Assembly: GCA_964016885.1 (NCBI GenBank)
Contig: OZ024749.1
Location: forward strand, 39,556,001-39,620,000
DNA: 64,000 bases
Direction: 5' to 3'
Source of the DNA: Eledone cirrhosa
Lineage: Eukaryota
In this document: in pieces, positions 34,822 to 48,275 of the stretch
How positions within the stretch are numbered: the stretch's first letter is position 1
How the letters are laid out: every line of letters starts with the position of its first letter
Translations under genes and position numbers: made by a program
The notes under the pieces: generated by a model
Told to the model about the DNA's origin: nothing
The model's input: the letters and a program-made list of their open reading frames with translations, nothing else
Databases searched by the model: none

Positions 34822-37800
34822 TGTAATTTTCAAGCCATATCAGCATGATGCAATATGAGATGATGCTGGACTAGTGAATTATAGCTACAATCCATCTGAT
34901 AGGTTTTCAAACAATTTCTGTAATTTAACCCACAAGGCTTGTATTGACCCAAGGCTATGGTAAAGACATCACCCAAGTTGTCAGACAGTAGGATTGAACC
35001 TGAGACCTAATGATTGGGAAACGAACTTCTTAACCATAAACAATAACATATTTTACCTATCCATCCATGGGTGAGTCAGGAAGAGCATTTGACTATAAAA
35101 TATTGCCTAAAAAAACTCCACGACGACTATGAAGCCTGTCATAGGGTCCACCTGGTTAACCCCTCCTTTTTTAGCAGGGAAAATGACCTTACAACATCTG
35201 TTGTATACTTTTTGTTTATTTATCTTGAAAAAAATCTTATAATTATTTTAAAAAATTAAATAAAATTGCGTTTCATGAATGATTTTTGAGAATTATTGAA
35301 CATCTTGTGGATATTAATTAATTTTTTAATACAGGTGAAATAAATACCTTTGTTTCAGACAGAGAGAGTCTATATTGACCCATGGCTGGGTCCCTAGGAT
35401 TTTGGAAATTTCAAGCCATCTCTGTGTTAGATTTAACCAAATTTATTACAAGTGTTGGCAACAACTATCAGTCAACACCCTATGTTATTTAGTGTTTTGT
35501 TCTTTTACTCATCAGAATCAGAGGCATAGCAGGAGGGGTGTGTGAGAGAGGGGCAGTTACACCTGGGTGGGGGCAATTGCTCCTGGGTACAACATTTCCT
35601 CTGGCCTATCATGCGTGTTATATCTGTTAATTAATGTACATACACACACATATATATAATATAATATATATATATGTGTGTGTATACATACATGCACATA
35701 TATATATGTGTGTATGTACAAATATAAGAATAATTTGACCTTAAATACTTAATATAGAATAAGACAGCTTAACTTGTTAATAGAAAGCTGGACATTAAAT
35801 AATTGTTTCTACTTTTGGCACAAGGCCAGCAATTACCCAGTGCATTACTGGTACTTTATTTTATCGACCCCGTAAGGATGAAAGGCAAAGTTAACCTCGG
35901 CGGGATTTGAACTCAGACCGTAAAGATACAAACCTCCTCTGATACTGCCAATTCACTAAATAATATCTGTGGAAAATGGTGGTGGTGGTGGTGTGTGTTA
36001 TGGGGAGGTGGGGGTAGATGGTGGTGATGGTAGTTATGCATTGAAAGTCCATGAGTTGAGTTAAATTCAAAAGAAATATAAGAAAAAAAAAGTGTTGGGG
36101 GTTGATGTTTATCCTTGATATATCAGATAAAAAAAATCTAGCTGACAATTTATACTAAAATATGATCATAGCTGATTTTATAGATATCTTAATAATGATG
36201 GTGATGTCCACAGATAAAAATAGGTTTAAGTATACACTAGTGGTTCCGAAACTTATTTTGTTACAGAACTCATATCTATATTTTTATATTACATTTTATT
36301 CTTCCACCACCCTGATCTTAATAAAACATTAACTCTTTATGTTATGTGCTACATTAAACAGCATTGGCAAGACGTTCTTGAAAAATATAATACAGCTCTA
36401 TATCTGCATCATATAAAAAATTAGTCTTCACTTTTGTCTAATACTGAAAATTTCCACAACAATTTATCCACTGGTAAAGATACTATAAACGTTTGAATTA
36501 ACAAACCTGTTTTTAGATATTTTCTGCTAAATCATTACAGAAGGTTAAGTGTTAGATGAAACAATTTATTTTAGGGAAAAATTTATATATATTTGTATAT
36601 ATAAATCCTTTCCCCATAATAACCCCTTGTTTTAAATGGTACAATAGCTAACCCATATGTCTGGCACCTCAATCATACCAAACTCCACACTGCCATACTG
36701 GTTTAGAACAATGGGTTGGTTGTAAAGCTTTCTAAAAATGGTATTTGGGGTTATTTGGTTTATATATATATATATATTTGACATGTAAGTGGTTCACATG
36801 CATATATATATGTATATATATATATATACACATATATATGTATATGTGTGTGCATATGTATGTCTTTCCATATATATATTGGGTTTGTTTAAGAATTAGA
36901 ATTTATTTATGATTTATAGATCTGTATAAATATAGGTGACAATATAAATTTTTTTAAGTTGTAAAGGGAGAATACCGGTAATAATAGAGGAGGACATATT
37001 GACCACTGATTGGTTGTACAAGTGAGACGAGACCATAGAGCAGAGCTTACAGTCCAGAAGTGAGATATATACAGAATACAGTGTATCTGTATAAGCCATA
37101 GTCTGCAAGAGCTATACAGTATACCATATATACTCATGTATAAGTCGCAATGGTTGATAAGTTGCACCTCTCTTTGTGTTTAGAATATTTTGGCTTCATT
37201 ATTTTTCAATATTTCAAGCCTAGAGCAATGTTCAGCCAAAACGTTCACACTCAAACTTTTAAAAATGTTCTTTTTAGTAAAAATAACTGCAACTTATCTA
37301 TGAGTATATATAGTATTCAATACACAGTGTATATACAGTATATATACAATACCAGAAAGTATATACAGTGCCACGGATTATATACATTATTCAGCCAACA
37401 GAGAAAGATATACAGAATGGACATGTTCATATTAAACTCAAGTAAAAAACATGTAAGAGTATAAAGTGAACATACAAACCTCCATGAGGAAATATAGACC
37501 AAAATAGATATATATAAATATAGATCATACAATTTGACCATAAAGACCATATTTCACAATATAAAACTTATATAATAATATAACCACCATGTACAACACA
37601 ATGTGAAATTACAAGAAAACAATAGACTGCTGTGTAATGTATAGAGAATATATTTATGGATCTATTGGTCAAGTTTTTTGGGGTATTTTTTTTTAAAACA
37701 TATATAGACTGCAATATGGAAATATAGATTTCAGTATAAACATATGTAATATGAAATTAGTTTATATACACTCGCACAAACATCTACACTCACTCACACA

Positions 37801-37923
37801 TACACACACACATGCATATGTATATGTACATATATATTTGCATATATATATATATGTGTGTGCATACATATATATATTTATGTATATATATATATATATA
37901 CACATATATATATATATACATAC

Positions 37924-37967
<44 letters not shown>

Positions 37968-38132
37968 GTATATATTGTTTATATTTGTGATTTTGTGGTA
38001 CAAAAAACATAAAAGTGCTCAATACAACTTTATATTGGAAGTGTGTAGGTATGTAGAGACTTATGTATATTGAATTACCTCATGTAAATTTACATCTATG
38101 TATATATATATATACACATGTATAAGTGTATG

Positions 38133-38167
<35 letters not shown>

Positions 38168-39164
38168 TTGAAACTTGAAGTAACAATGAAGTAAATCATG
38201 AACTGATTCCTATTAAATACAAACTCTACATCATGCATTGAGTACTTTTTCTTTCGTTTGTAAATAAAAATGTTTTTGTGTGCTTATTAAATTATACATT
38301 ATATATATATATTATATATGATTTATATATATAATATATGATTTATATATAAATATAGCTATATATATATTATATTATATTTTATATATATAAATATCAT
38401 ATATTATATATTATATACATTTCATATAGATAAATATATATGTGAAATATATATATATAAGGAAAAATTTCTGTTATTTAAATATTGAAAAAAAATAAGA
38501 AAGAAAAACATTTTATCTTTTACTTTTACTGTAGTTCAAGAATAAAAAGAGTTATTGAATATTTTTAAGAATCTATATTCTTTGATAATTAAAAATTAAA
38601 ATAAATTTCCTTTCTTTTGTCATTTTCATTTCAAAATACATTTTTTTTCTTTTAAAAAAAGAAATTATAAGAATACGATGTAATTGGCACCAAACTATGA
38701 TGGATGGCTTATTTGAAATACTTTTAAGGAAACTATATTGCACTCAGGTACTAAGTACTTTTAAGGAAACTAAACTGCACATAAGTACTAAGTACTTTGA
38801 GGAAACTTATATCACACTCAAGTACCAAATACTTTGAGGAAACTTTTACATCACTGAATAAAAATAAAAATTTGAAAAAAAATATATAAATAAAACTGTC
38901 TAATAATTTTGGAAATATGCCTAGAATTTGTAAATGGTTAATTGTTATAGAAAGCAAAGTAAGTTTTCTTTGCTCGTTCTTTGGTTAATTTAAAAATAGC
39001 TGAGTTGACTGGCAGCAAGAACTGTCTTGATAGACAGTCTACCATTTTGTGTGAAGTGAAATTTGATAAATGATGTGCCAGTTTAAGGTATACACATTTA
39101 CATGTTTGGCTAAGAAAAAACAGTTCAAACTCGGTTTTTTTAAGTATGATTATATGCTCCATAT

Positions 39165-39990
39165 TTGATCCATACTTGATCTATACTTGATCAATACTTA
39201 ATCCATGCATGCTTTATGTATGATTAACACATGATCTATGTCTGATCAATATATAATCTATGCTTGATCTATGTGTGACCTTTAAATGTGCTATATATGA
39301 TCTATGCCTGATCTATCTGTGATCTATGTATTATCTATGTATGTTCTATGTGTGACCTTTACATATGCTATGTATGTTCTATGTGTGACCTTTACATGTG
39401 CTATGTATGATCTATGCCTGATCTATGTATGTTCTATGTGTGACCTTTAAATGTGCTATGTATGTTCTATGTGTGACCTTTACATGTGCTATGTATGTTC
39501 TATGTGTGACCTTTAAATGTGCTATGTATGATCTATGCCTGATCTATGTATGTTCTATGTGTGACCTTTACATGTGCTATGTATGTTCTATGTGTGACCT
39601 TTACATGTGCTATGTATGTTCTATGTGTGACCTTTACATGTGCTATGTATGTTCTATGTGTGACCTTTACACGTGCTATGTATGATCTATGCCTGATCTA
39701 TGTATGTTCTATGTGTGACCCTTAAATGTGCTATGTATGATCTATGCCTGATCTATGTATGTTCTATGTGTGACCTTTACACGTGCTATGTATTATCTAT
39801 GTATGTTCTATGTGTGACCTTTACATGTGCTATATATGATCTATGCCTGATCTATGTATGTTCTATGTGTGACCTTTACACGTGCTATGTATGATCTATG
39901 TATGTTCTATGTGTGACCTTTACATGTGCTATGTATGATCTATGCAAGTTCTATTTATGATGTATGCATAACCCATGCATGCTCTATGCA
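39165..39990. repeat. 11-bp-based minisatellite with 33-bp and 22-bp higher-order units
   Basis: TGATCTATGTA-like monomers; units TATGTATGTTCTATGTGTGACCTTTACATGTGC and TATGTATGATCTATGCCTGATC. Confidence 0.9.
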
Positions 39991-40130
39991 TGTGTTTTTA
40001 TCATCAGGTTTACATCTAGCATAAGAGTGATTCTAGCTGGAAAGTATAATGTAATAAAGCAATAGACTAAGTGAGCTCTAGAACACTATCATTCCTTTCA
40101 CCTAATCAGTGGATTAAAAGAGAAAATAAA

Positions 40131-40321
40131 TAATTGTTTCTACTTTTGGCACAAGGCCAGCAATTATCCCAGTGTATTACTGGTACTTTATTTTATCGAC
40201 CCCTTAAGGATGAAAGGCAAAGTTAACCTCGGCGGGTTTTGAACTCAGTCCGTAAAGGGACGTAACTGTGCTGCAAAGCATGGCGTCCGACCCTCTACCG
40301 ATACTGCCAATCCACCGCCCT
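40131..40321 (-). mobile_element. Full-length tRNA-derived SINE with ~15-bp target-site duplication
   Basis: Flanked by AAGAGAAAATAAATA on both sides; core TACTGGTACTTTATTTTATCGACCCC..GGATGAAAGGCAAAG recurs >15 times in the window (e.g. 15975-16765 cluster, 35800, 41250, 61250, 63080). Confidence 0.85.
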
Positions 40322-40625
40322 AAGAGAAAATAAATAGTAAGTCAGAAAATTCATAGGTGATAACCTCATAATTATCACTTTGATTTAGCTGTAATAGGAG
40401 TGTGTTTGTTAGACATTAGCTATCAATTGCTAGGCTCATGACTAGGGAATTCATAGCATATGTTAGGAAAGGTTTGCATAGACAATCATAATATGATGCG
40501 AGAACACATGTCTCCTGGATGAGTCGCATTCAAATGACATGAGGAAGTAATGGCATAGGTACAGTTTAGTGCTTTACAGATACATACATATATGTATAGA
40601 TACATATATGTATATACATACATAT

Positions 40626-40669
<44 letters not shown>

Positions 40670-40788
40670 ATATACACACACACACACATATATATTTTTA
40701 TATATATATATACATTCATACATATATATATGTGTATGTGTGTATATATATATATACAGATACATACAGATACATACATATATATATA

Positions 40789-40849
<61 letters not shown>

Positions 40850-41576
40850 CTGTATGTATATGTATATATATATATTTATATATAAGGGATGGAGTATCTC
40901 AGTGCAGATAGCAGCCAGGCTGATTTCAGTAACTGTTTTAACCCTTTCGTTGCCATATAGAAATACACTTTTCATTGTATTTTCAATCAGCTTTGAAAAT
41001 AATTAAGAGTTTGAGGGGATTCAATAAAATAACTTATTCATTATTATTATTAAGCTTGTAGCTTGTATTAATAACATAATTTAACATAGGTTCTTACATA
41101 AAATTATGATGGAAGATTTTTTTTTATATTTAAATATGAGCATTTAAAAAATAGGGGGTTTTGTCCTATTCATAGGATCAGAGGTAGTCTCATGGGGGAT
41201 GGAGTTGAAGGGGTTAACTGAAATATCAAATGAATGCAATTAAAACCTTTAATAATTGTTTCTATTTTAGGCACAAAGCCAACAATTTTGGGGAAATGAG
41301 AAAGTCAATTAAATCGACCTCAGTGTATTGCTGGTACTTTATTTTATCGACCCAGTAAGGATGAAAGGCAAAACTAACACTGGCAGGATTTGAACTCAGA
41401 ACGTAAAGAGACGTAACTCTATGCTGCAAAGCGTGTCGTCTGATGCTCTACCGATCGACAGCCAATCTACAGCCCTTGCTAAGAAATTCTTTGGAACTTA
41501 TTAATTACGCATTTACTTTTATAAATTAAACAATCAATCAAAAGATTATTTTATGACTATCATTAATTGAACCGTT

Positions 41577-41945
41577 TTAACCCTTTCATGACCATATTTC
41601 TAATGAAATACACTCTATTTCAATTAATTAATAAAGAATTTAGAGTGATTTACTAAAATTATTAATTATTTAATTACTAAGATAGTAACCTAACATAGGG
41701 TTCTTATATAAAGTTATGTTGAGAGATTTTACTGGAAATAGAAACTGTATTTCAATTAATTAATGAAAAGCTTTGAGAGATTTACTCAAATTATTATTTC
41801 ATTATTAAGATAGGAATTTAAAATATGGTTTTTATATAAAGATATGTTGAAAGATTTTAATTTAAATGGGAACCCTTTAAGATAACTGGTTTTATTTTAT
41901 AGAAAGCTGAGCTGGTTTTGTCTAGTCTGGTAACAAAAAGGCCAA
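41577..41945 (+). mobile_element. TTAA-flanked MITE family B (related copies near 3056-3275, 14771-14991, 40935-41217, 63728)
   Basis: Starts TTAACCCTTTCATGACCATATTTCTAATGAAATACAC; same start at 3056 and 63728. Confidence 0.65.
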
Positions 41946-42214
41946 CATGTAAATGATATTCAATAGATATCTATTTTTTCGTCAGCTAATCAGTCAATGC
42001 CTATTGATCTCTTAAGAAGTCGTACAACCAAAAGGTGATTGATATCTTCGATTATATAAAAACCTGATGGGAAACATATACATACATATATATATAACTA
42101 AAAAAAGTAATGGATAAATCATGTAATGTGCAACTGCTTGAATGTTAATATAAGTATGTAAATATATATGTATATAATGTTTATATATATATGTATGCAT
42201 ACATATCCATATAC

Positions 42215-42261
<47 letters not shown>

Positions 42262-42278
42262 CATACATATCCATATAC

Positions 42279-42336
<58 letters not shown>

Positions 42337-42669
42337 TGTTTTAAGGCTACAGACTCCATAGAACTACAGCTTCACTGTCCCCATGATAAATTTTTCTCAG
42401 ACAAAAGTACTTCATAAGAAATATACCAATAATAGTAACACTATACAAACAGCTTGTTGCAGGTGTGTAGACACCAAAGAATATATAAACAGGCTTGAGG
42501 CACTTTACACCTCAACTGCAGCTAAACGAGTCAGTATTTACACATGAATAGCAGCTAAACGAGCCAGAATTTACCTGTCGCTACTGCACTTTTTTTATTG
42601 TGTTTATTTTTTTCTTCTTTCTGTCCTCACCTGTCATCTGCTCTTCTCTTATAGAAGATTACAACTAGT

Positions 42670-43230
42670 ATATGGCTGTTGGTACTATTGTATATTGTGG
42701 TCAGTACTATACTAATGGTATATAGTATATAGTAGTTGGTTCTATAGTATATTTTTGTTGGTACTATTGTATATTGTTGTCTGTACTATACTAATGGTGG
42801 TTGGTACTATAGTATATTGTTGGTACTATACTAATGGTGGTTGGTACTATTGTATAATGTGGTCGATACTATACTAATGGTGGTTGGTACTATAGTATAT
42901 AGTAGTTGGTTCTATAGTATATTTTTGTTGGTACTATTGTATATTGTTGTCTGTACTATACCAATAGTGGTTGGTACTATTGTATATTGTGGTCACTACT
43001 ATACTAATGGTGGTTGGTACTATAGTATATTGTTGTTGGTACTATACTAATGGTGGTTGGTACTATTGTATATTGTGGTTGGTACTATACTAATGGTGGT
43101 TGGTAGTATAGTATATAGTAGTTGGTACTATAGTATATTTTTGCTGGTATTATTGTATATTGTTGTTGGTACTATACTATTGGAGGTTGATACTATAGTA
43201 TATTGTGGTCAGGACTATAGTATATATAGT
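42670..43230. repeat. Degenerate ~21-bp minisatellite
   Basis: TGGTACTAT(T/A)GTATATTGT(G/T)G-like units. Confidence 0.85.
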
Positions 43231-43500
43231 ATGTGGCCTAGTGGTAAAGGTGTTGGAAATATGATCATAATGTCATGGGTTCGATTCCTGGGTTGCGTGT
43301 TGTGTTATTGAGTAAAAAACTTCATTTTATGTTGCTCCAGTTTACTCAGCTGAAAATGAGTACCAGCAATAGCTGGGGGTTTAAACCTGCGATGGACTGG
43401 CGTCCTGTCCAGGGAGGAGTCTGGTGCTGTCAGTCACTTAACACTACAGAAATCTGGATAAGCTCTGGCCTGATGAGCCTCTGCACTCAAGACAGGTTTT
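43230..43500 (+). mobile_element. tRNA-derived SINE inserted in a minisatellite
   Basis: TGGCCTAGTGG A box, GGTTCGATTCC B box, core GATGGACTGGCGTCCTGTCCAGGG; minisatellite continues on both sides. Confidence 0.75.
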
Positions 43501-43748
43501 AACCATAGTATATAGTGGTTGCTACTATAGTATGTGGAGGGTATACTATATATTTGTTAGTACTATAGGCCATAATGATAGGTACTAAATTAGAAATAAC
43601 TGGAATAGATGAGACTTGAACACCTGAATGGCATATATATAAAAAAAAAATCAATTAATCCAAGTACAAAAATTTATAGATCCTTGATAACCTGGTTCAA
43701 TGATAGTCATTATATGTTTTTTGTTTATATTTTTGTCTTTTTTTCTAA

Positions 43749-43795
<47 letters not shown>

Positions 43796-44037
43796 GAGAC
43801 AGACAAACAGACAGAGAAAGTGTTACAGCTTGCTTAAAGCATTGTGGAATATGAACAATAGGTAGTTTTGGAAGCCTCTCCAATGCAAATAAGGTTGTAA
43901 ATATTGAGGTAAAAGAACCGGATAATGGAAGAAGGAGAATGGTAAGTGGAAGGAAGGGAAGGAGAAGTGAGAAATGAGAGAATCTGGATATTACTATGGT
44001 AACACTTATTTGCATTGTAGCAGCTTCCAAAACCTAC

Positions 44038-44071
<34 letters not shown>

Positions 44072-44187
44072 TTGTTTACATTTTACATGCATACATATAT
44101 ACATATAAATATATATATATATATATATTTATATATTTATATATATATATATATATTTGTGTGTGTGTCTATTTATGAATGTTTCTT

Positions 44188-44415
44188 TCAGTCCAAAAGT
44201 AGGCTAAAAGTTGTCTGGTAGGATCCTTCTCTAAAGTTGGAAGCCCACACAGAACAGGTAACTGTCACAGCAATTGACCTTTTGATTCCTTTGAACATGA
44301 TGAACACCAGTGGAGACAAATAATCTTCCTGTCCATGGTAGGGAAAGTAATAGAGAGGGAAACCAGCAATAGGTGTGTAGATTACTTCACCCATGTTCTC
44401 TTGATCCACTGGAGA
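44188..44415 (-). CDS. Na/K-ATPase beta terminal exon
   Basis: TTTTAG|; GFPLYYFPY...YLSPLVF; TGA. Confidence 0.92.
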   Translation of the reverse strand, partial: SPVDQENMGEVIYTPIAGFPLYYFPYHGQEDYLSPLVFIMFKGIKRSIAVTVTCSVWASNFREGSYQTTFSLLLD

Positions 44416-46209
44416 CTAAAATTGTAAAATAAAAATTAAAAAATTAAACAAAATCAAACCAATATAAGAAATATAATTTCAGAAAATAAAATAAAATAAT
44501 GCGAAGGAGCCTAGATGCTTCCCGTCACAACTTGAACCAGTAGGCCTTGACCATGGAAATGGCAAGCGCCCCAATGGAATTACCCTCTTCACATTTGAGG
44601 AAGGAAAATCCCTTATCTGCGATGCGACATGTTGCAACATGTTCTCTGCCTCCAACCTAGTCACTCCAACCACAAACTCCAGTACAGCAGCCCACAATGC
44701 AGAGGGCAGGAAGATACGCAAAAACTGCGTCTTGTCCAGCTGCTTCCTCTCTGCACCAGTCATCGTCAAGATCTCAGGATTCCTCAGACCCCCGTACAGC
44801 TGACCTCCTCCATAAAACCAGAATGACAGCAGCCCATCTGAGGAAGGAGTCACATGAGGTGGAGTGGCTGTTGAAGCAGTTGTCCCTGGCCATTGTCCGC
44901 AGCAATGCCTTTGTCATTTTGTCCACAATGTGTAGCCTAAAATGCAGGTGTAGAGTCTGTCAAACTCTCCCCTTCCCCCTTTCTTTCATTTCTTAACAAT
45001 CCTAGCTATTTCCCTCTCATTTAAGCACTCAACATCATGTTTTTTCTACTTCTATCTCTCATGTTATCTCCTATTTATGATACTTGCCATCAAATTACCC
45101 AACAAAGTATAGATAAAAAAAATATACTAACTAAAAATGATTAAAGTTTTGGGGTTTTTTTCACTGTGTAATAATTAAATAATATAAAATAACATTTACA
45201 TTATTCTATATATACTATTATATTTTTATGGTAAAGGCTTTACCTCACATAATATCAAATCTATGAGATTTTGATATTATTTGTTTTGAGAACAATACCT
45301 TAACGTTGGTATGAGTGGCTGGTTACAGCCAGTTTGAACAGAAAGAGGTGAGAGAATTCTGGCCAGATATGACCGGTTTAAATGCTAGAGGGTTAAAATA
45401 CTCATTAACCGTTTAGCATTTAGATTACTCTATATTAACTATTGTATTTTCGTGGTAAATACGTTATCTCACATAATATCGAATCTATGAGATTTTGATA
45501 TTATTTATTTTGAGAACAATACCTTAACATTAGTATGAATGGCCAGTTATGTCCAGTTTGAACAGAGAGAGGGGTGAGAATTCTGGCCAGATATGGCCGG
45601 TTTAAATGCTAAAGGGTTAAAATACTCATTAACATATTTACTCATTTTTTTCTTCCTAAGCATTTGTCCAATGCTCTAATGACCAATCTACCATCCTCTT
45701 GGCCTTTAATAATTATAATAATTGTTTCTACTTTTGGCACAAGGCCAGCAATTTGAGGGGAAAAGGAAAAGTCAACAAAATTAACCTCAGTGTGATACTG
45801 GTACTTCATTTTTATTGACCCTGTAAGCAGATCTGGCATCCAAGGCAAGGTTAGATTCTGCACCACCACCCACACCAAAAAATATCAATTTCAAAATTTA
45901 TAAAGAATAAATTAAAAAAAAAAAATGTTTTCAACATTTATTTGTTTCTGTATGAAATAAACCAAGATTAAAAAACGACCCTCAATAAAACAAATTTATT
46001 TTTCAAAATTGTTGTTGATTTGGAGAAATGCGCCCCCTGAAATTAGCGTCCTAGTTTGCCTGTATGGTAGAGCCAGCCCTGGCCTGTAAGGATGAAAGGC
46101 AAAGCTAATCTCGGCGAGATTTGAACTCAGAACATAAAGGGCCATAACTATATGCTGCAAAGCATGTTGTCCAACACTCTACTCATACTACCAATCCACT
46201 ATCCTCATA

Positions 46210-46240
<31 letters not shown>

Positions 46241-48059
46241 CTACTTACATGTCCTTGGCATGTTACTGGTAATGTCCATGGTTCTATGTCAAACATTTCC
46301 TCTAAATTCGCTGGAAAATTTGTGTCATTTTCAGAAAATGGAATTGGTCTCAGTTCTTCTGGCTGTAAAAATTTCAATAACATTTATTAAATAATTAATC
46401 TAACCAATTTTGATAGCTAACCTACCAGCAACCATCTCTGCTTCAAAACTGTGTATTTTAAAGTGTATCATATTTTTGCATAAAATAAATGAACAAATTT
46501 TTTACCAACCCAATATATATGCATGTGCGCGTGTGTGTGTATATATAATATTTATATATATATATATGCATGTGCGCGCGTGTGTGTGTATATAATAATA
46601 ATAATAATAATGAAATTATTGTGTAAAGTGCTCAGGTGCACTACAACTCGTCAATATAGTACATAGAATAATACACAAATGTCAGGGAAGTACATGTGTG
46701 CATGTGTTAGCTGTAGTGTTGGCGGATCTCGAGAAGCATGGAAGCCTTAAAGGATGCAGTGTCTCGACATCTAACAACTGATGCAGGTAGTTTGTTCCAT
46801 GGAGGCCTTAAAGGATGCAGTGTCTCGACAGCTAACAACTGATGCAGGTAGTTTGTTCCATGGAGGCCTTAAAGGATGCAGTGTCTCGACAGCTAACAAT
46901 TGATGCAGGTAGTTTGTTCCATGGAGGCCTTAAAGGATGCAGTGTCTCGACAGCTAACAACTGATGCAGGTAGTTTGTTCCATGGAGGCCTTAAAGGATG
47001 CAGTGTCTCGACAGCTAACAACTGATGCAGGTAGTTTGTTCCATGGAGGCCTTAAAGGATGCAGTGTCTCGACAGCTAACAACTGATGCAGGTAGTTTGT
47101 TCCATGGAGGCCTTAAAGGATGCAGTGTCTCGACAGCTAACAACTGATGCAGGTAGTTTGTTCCATGGAGGCCTTAAAGGATGCAGTGTCTCGACAGCTA
47201 ACAACTGATGCAGGTAGTTTGTTCCATGGAGGCCTTAAAGGATGCAGTGTCTCGACAGCTAACAACTGATGCAGGTAGTTTGTTCCATGGAGGCCTTAAA
47301 GGATGCAGTGTCTCGACAGCTAACAACTGATGCAGGTAGTTTGTTCCATGGAAGCCTTAAAGGATGCAGTGTCTCGACAGCTAACAACTGATGCAGGTAG
47401 TTTGTTCCATGCTTCAGCAACTCTGAGCGTGAAAAAATGTTTCCGAAAGTCATGGGAACTGTGCTGTTTTCTTACTTTGTGGGCATGTCCACGTGTGTTA
47501 GACACATATATATATATGTGTGTGTGTGTGTTAAGTTTGTAAATGCTGTTTACAGGTGAGCAAATGTCGAGGAAGTGTTGAGCCCTGGTCATTATGATTG
47601 TACCTTAGGCTGATCAATATTGAAACGCTTGTAATATGCCAATAAAGTTTATATATATATATACTACTACAGTGACTTCGATCCTACTTACTTCATATAT
47701 ATATATATATATATACATAAATAAAAAAAAAAAAATTAAAAAATTATCACTCTACATGGCTGAATACAATAAAGGTAATCTGAGTTTTTCAAATATTAAT
47801 AATAATATTCGATTCGTTTGCAATTATGCAAACAGCCTCATTTTTAAAGCCCTGTCAGTAGAATGAGCCCCTCATTCTTGCTCTTGTGTTGGCATGTAAA
47901 CAGAACTGCAGATACTAATGTTTTGGGGTATCGCCAGTTCACTGTTCACCTGTTCACCTGCCAACTGTCAGAGTTAGTGAAAATATATGTTATTTTCTAA
48001 GATACTATACATACACTTTTTGATGAGTTGTAGTGCACCTGAGCACTGTACACAATATT

Positions 48060-48111
<52 letters not shown>

Positions 48112-48215
48112 CAGTGACTGATCAGCCAGATTTGCATATCAGCAGACAGGCTAGTGAGTTTCCTGTATACGAGCGATTAATGGCCGGCTTTGCCATATTC
48201 AAATAAATTTTAAAA

Positions 48216-48275
<60 letters not shown>

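Noticed and set aside
39425-39894. Cys-rich repeat ORFs (CYVCSMCD) resembling metallothionein or zinc fingers
   Set aside because: By-product of the 33-bp minisatellite; frames are broken by the 22-bp modules.
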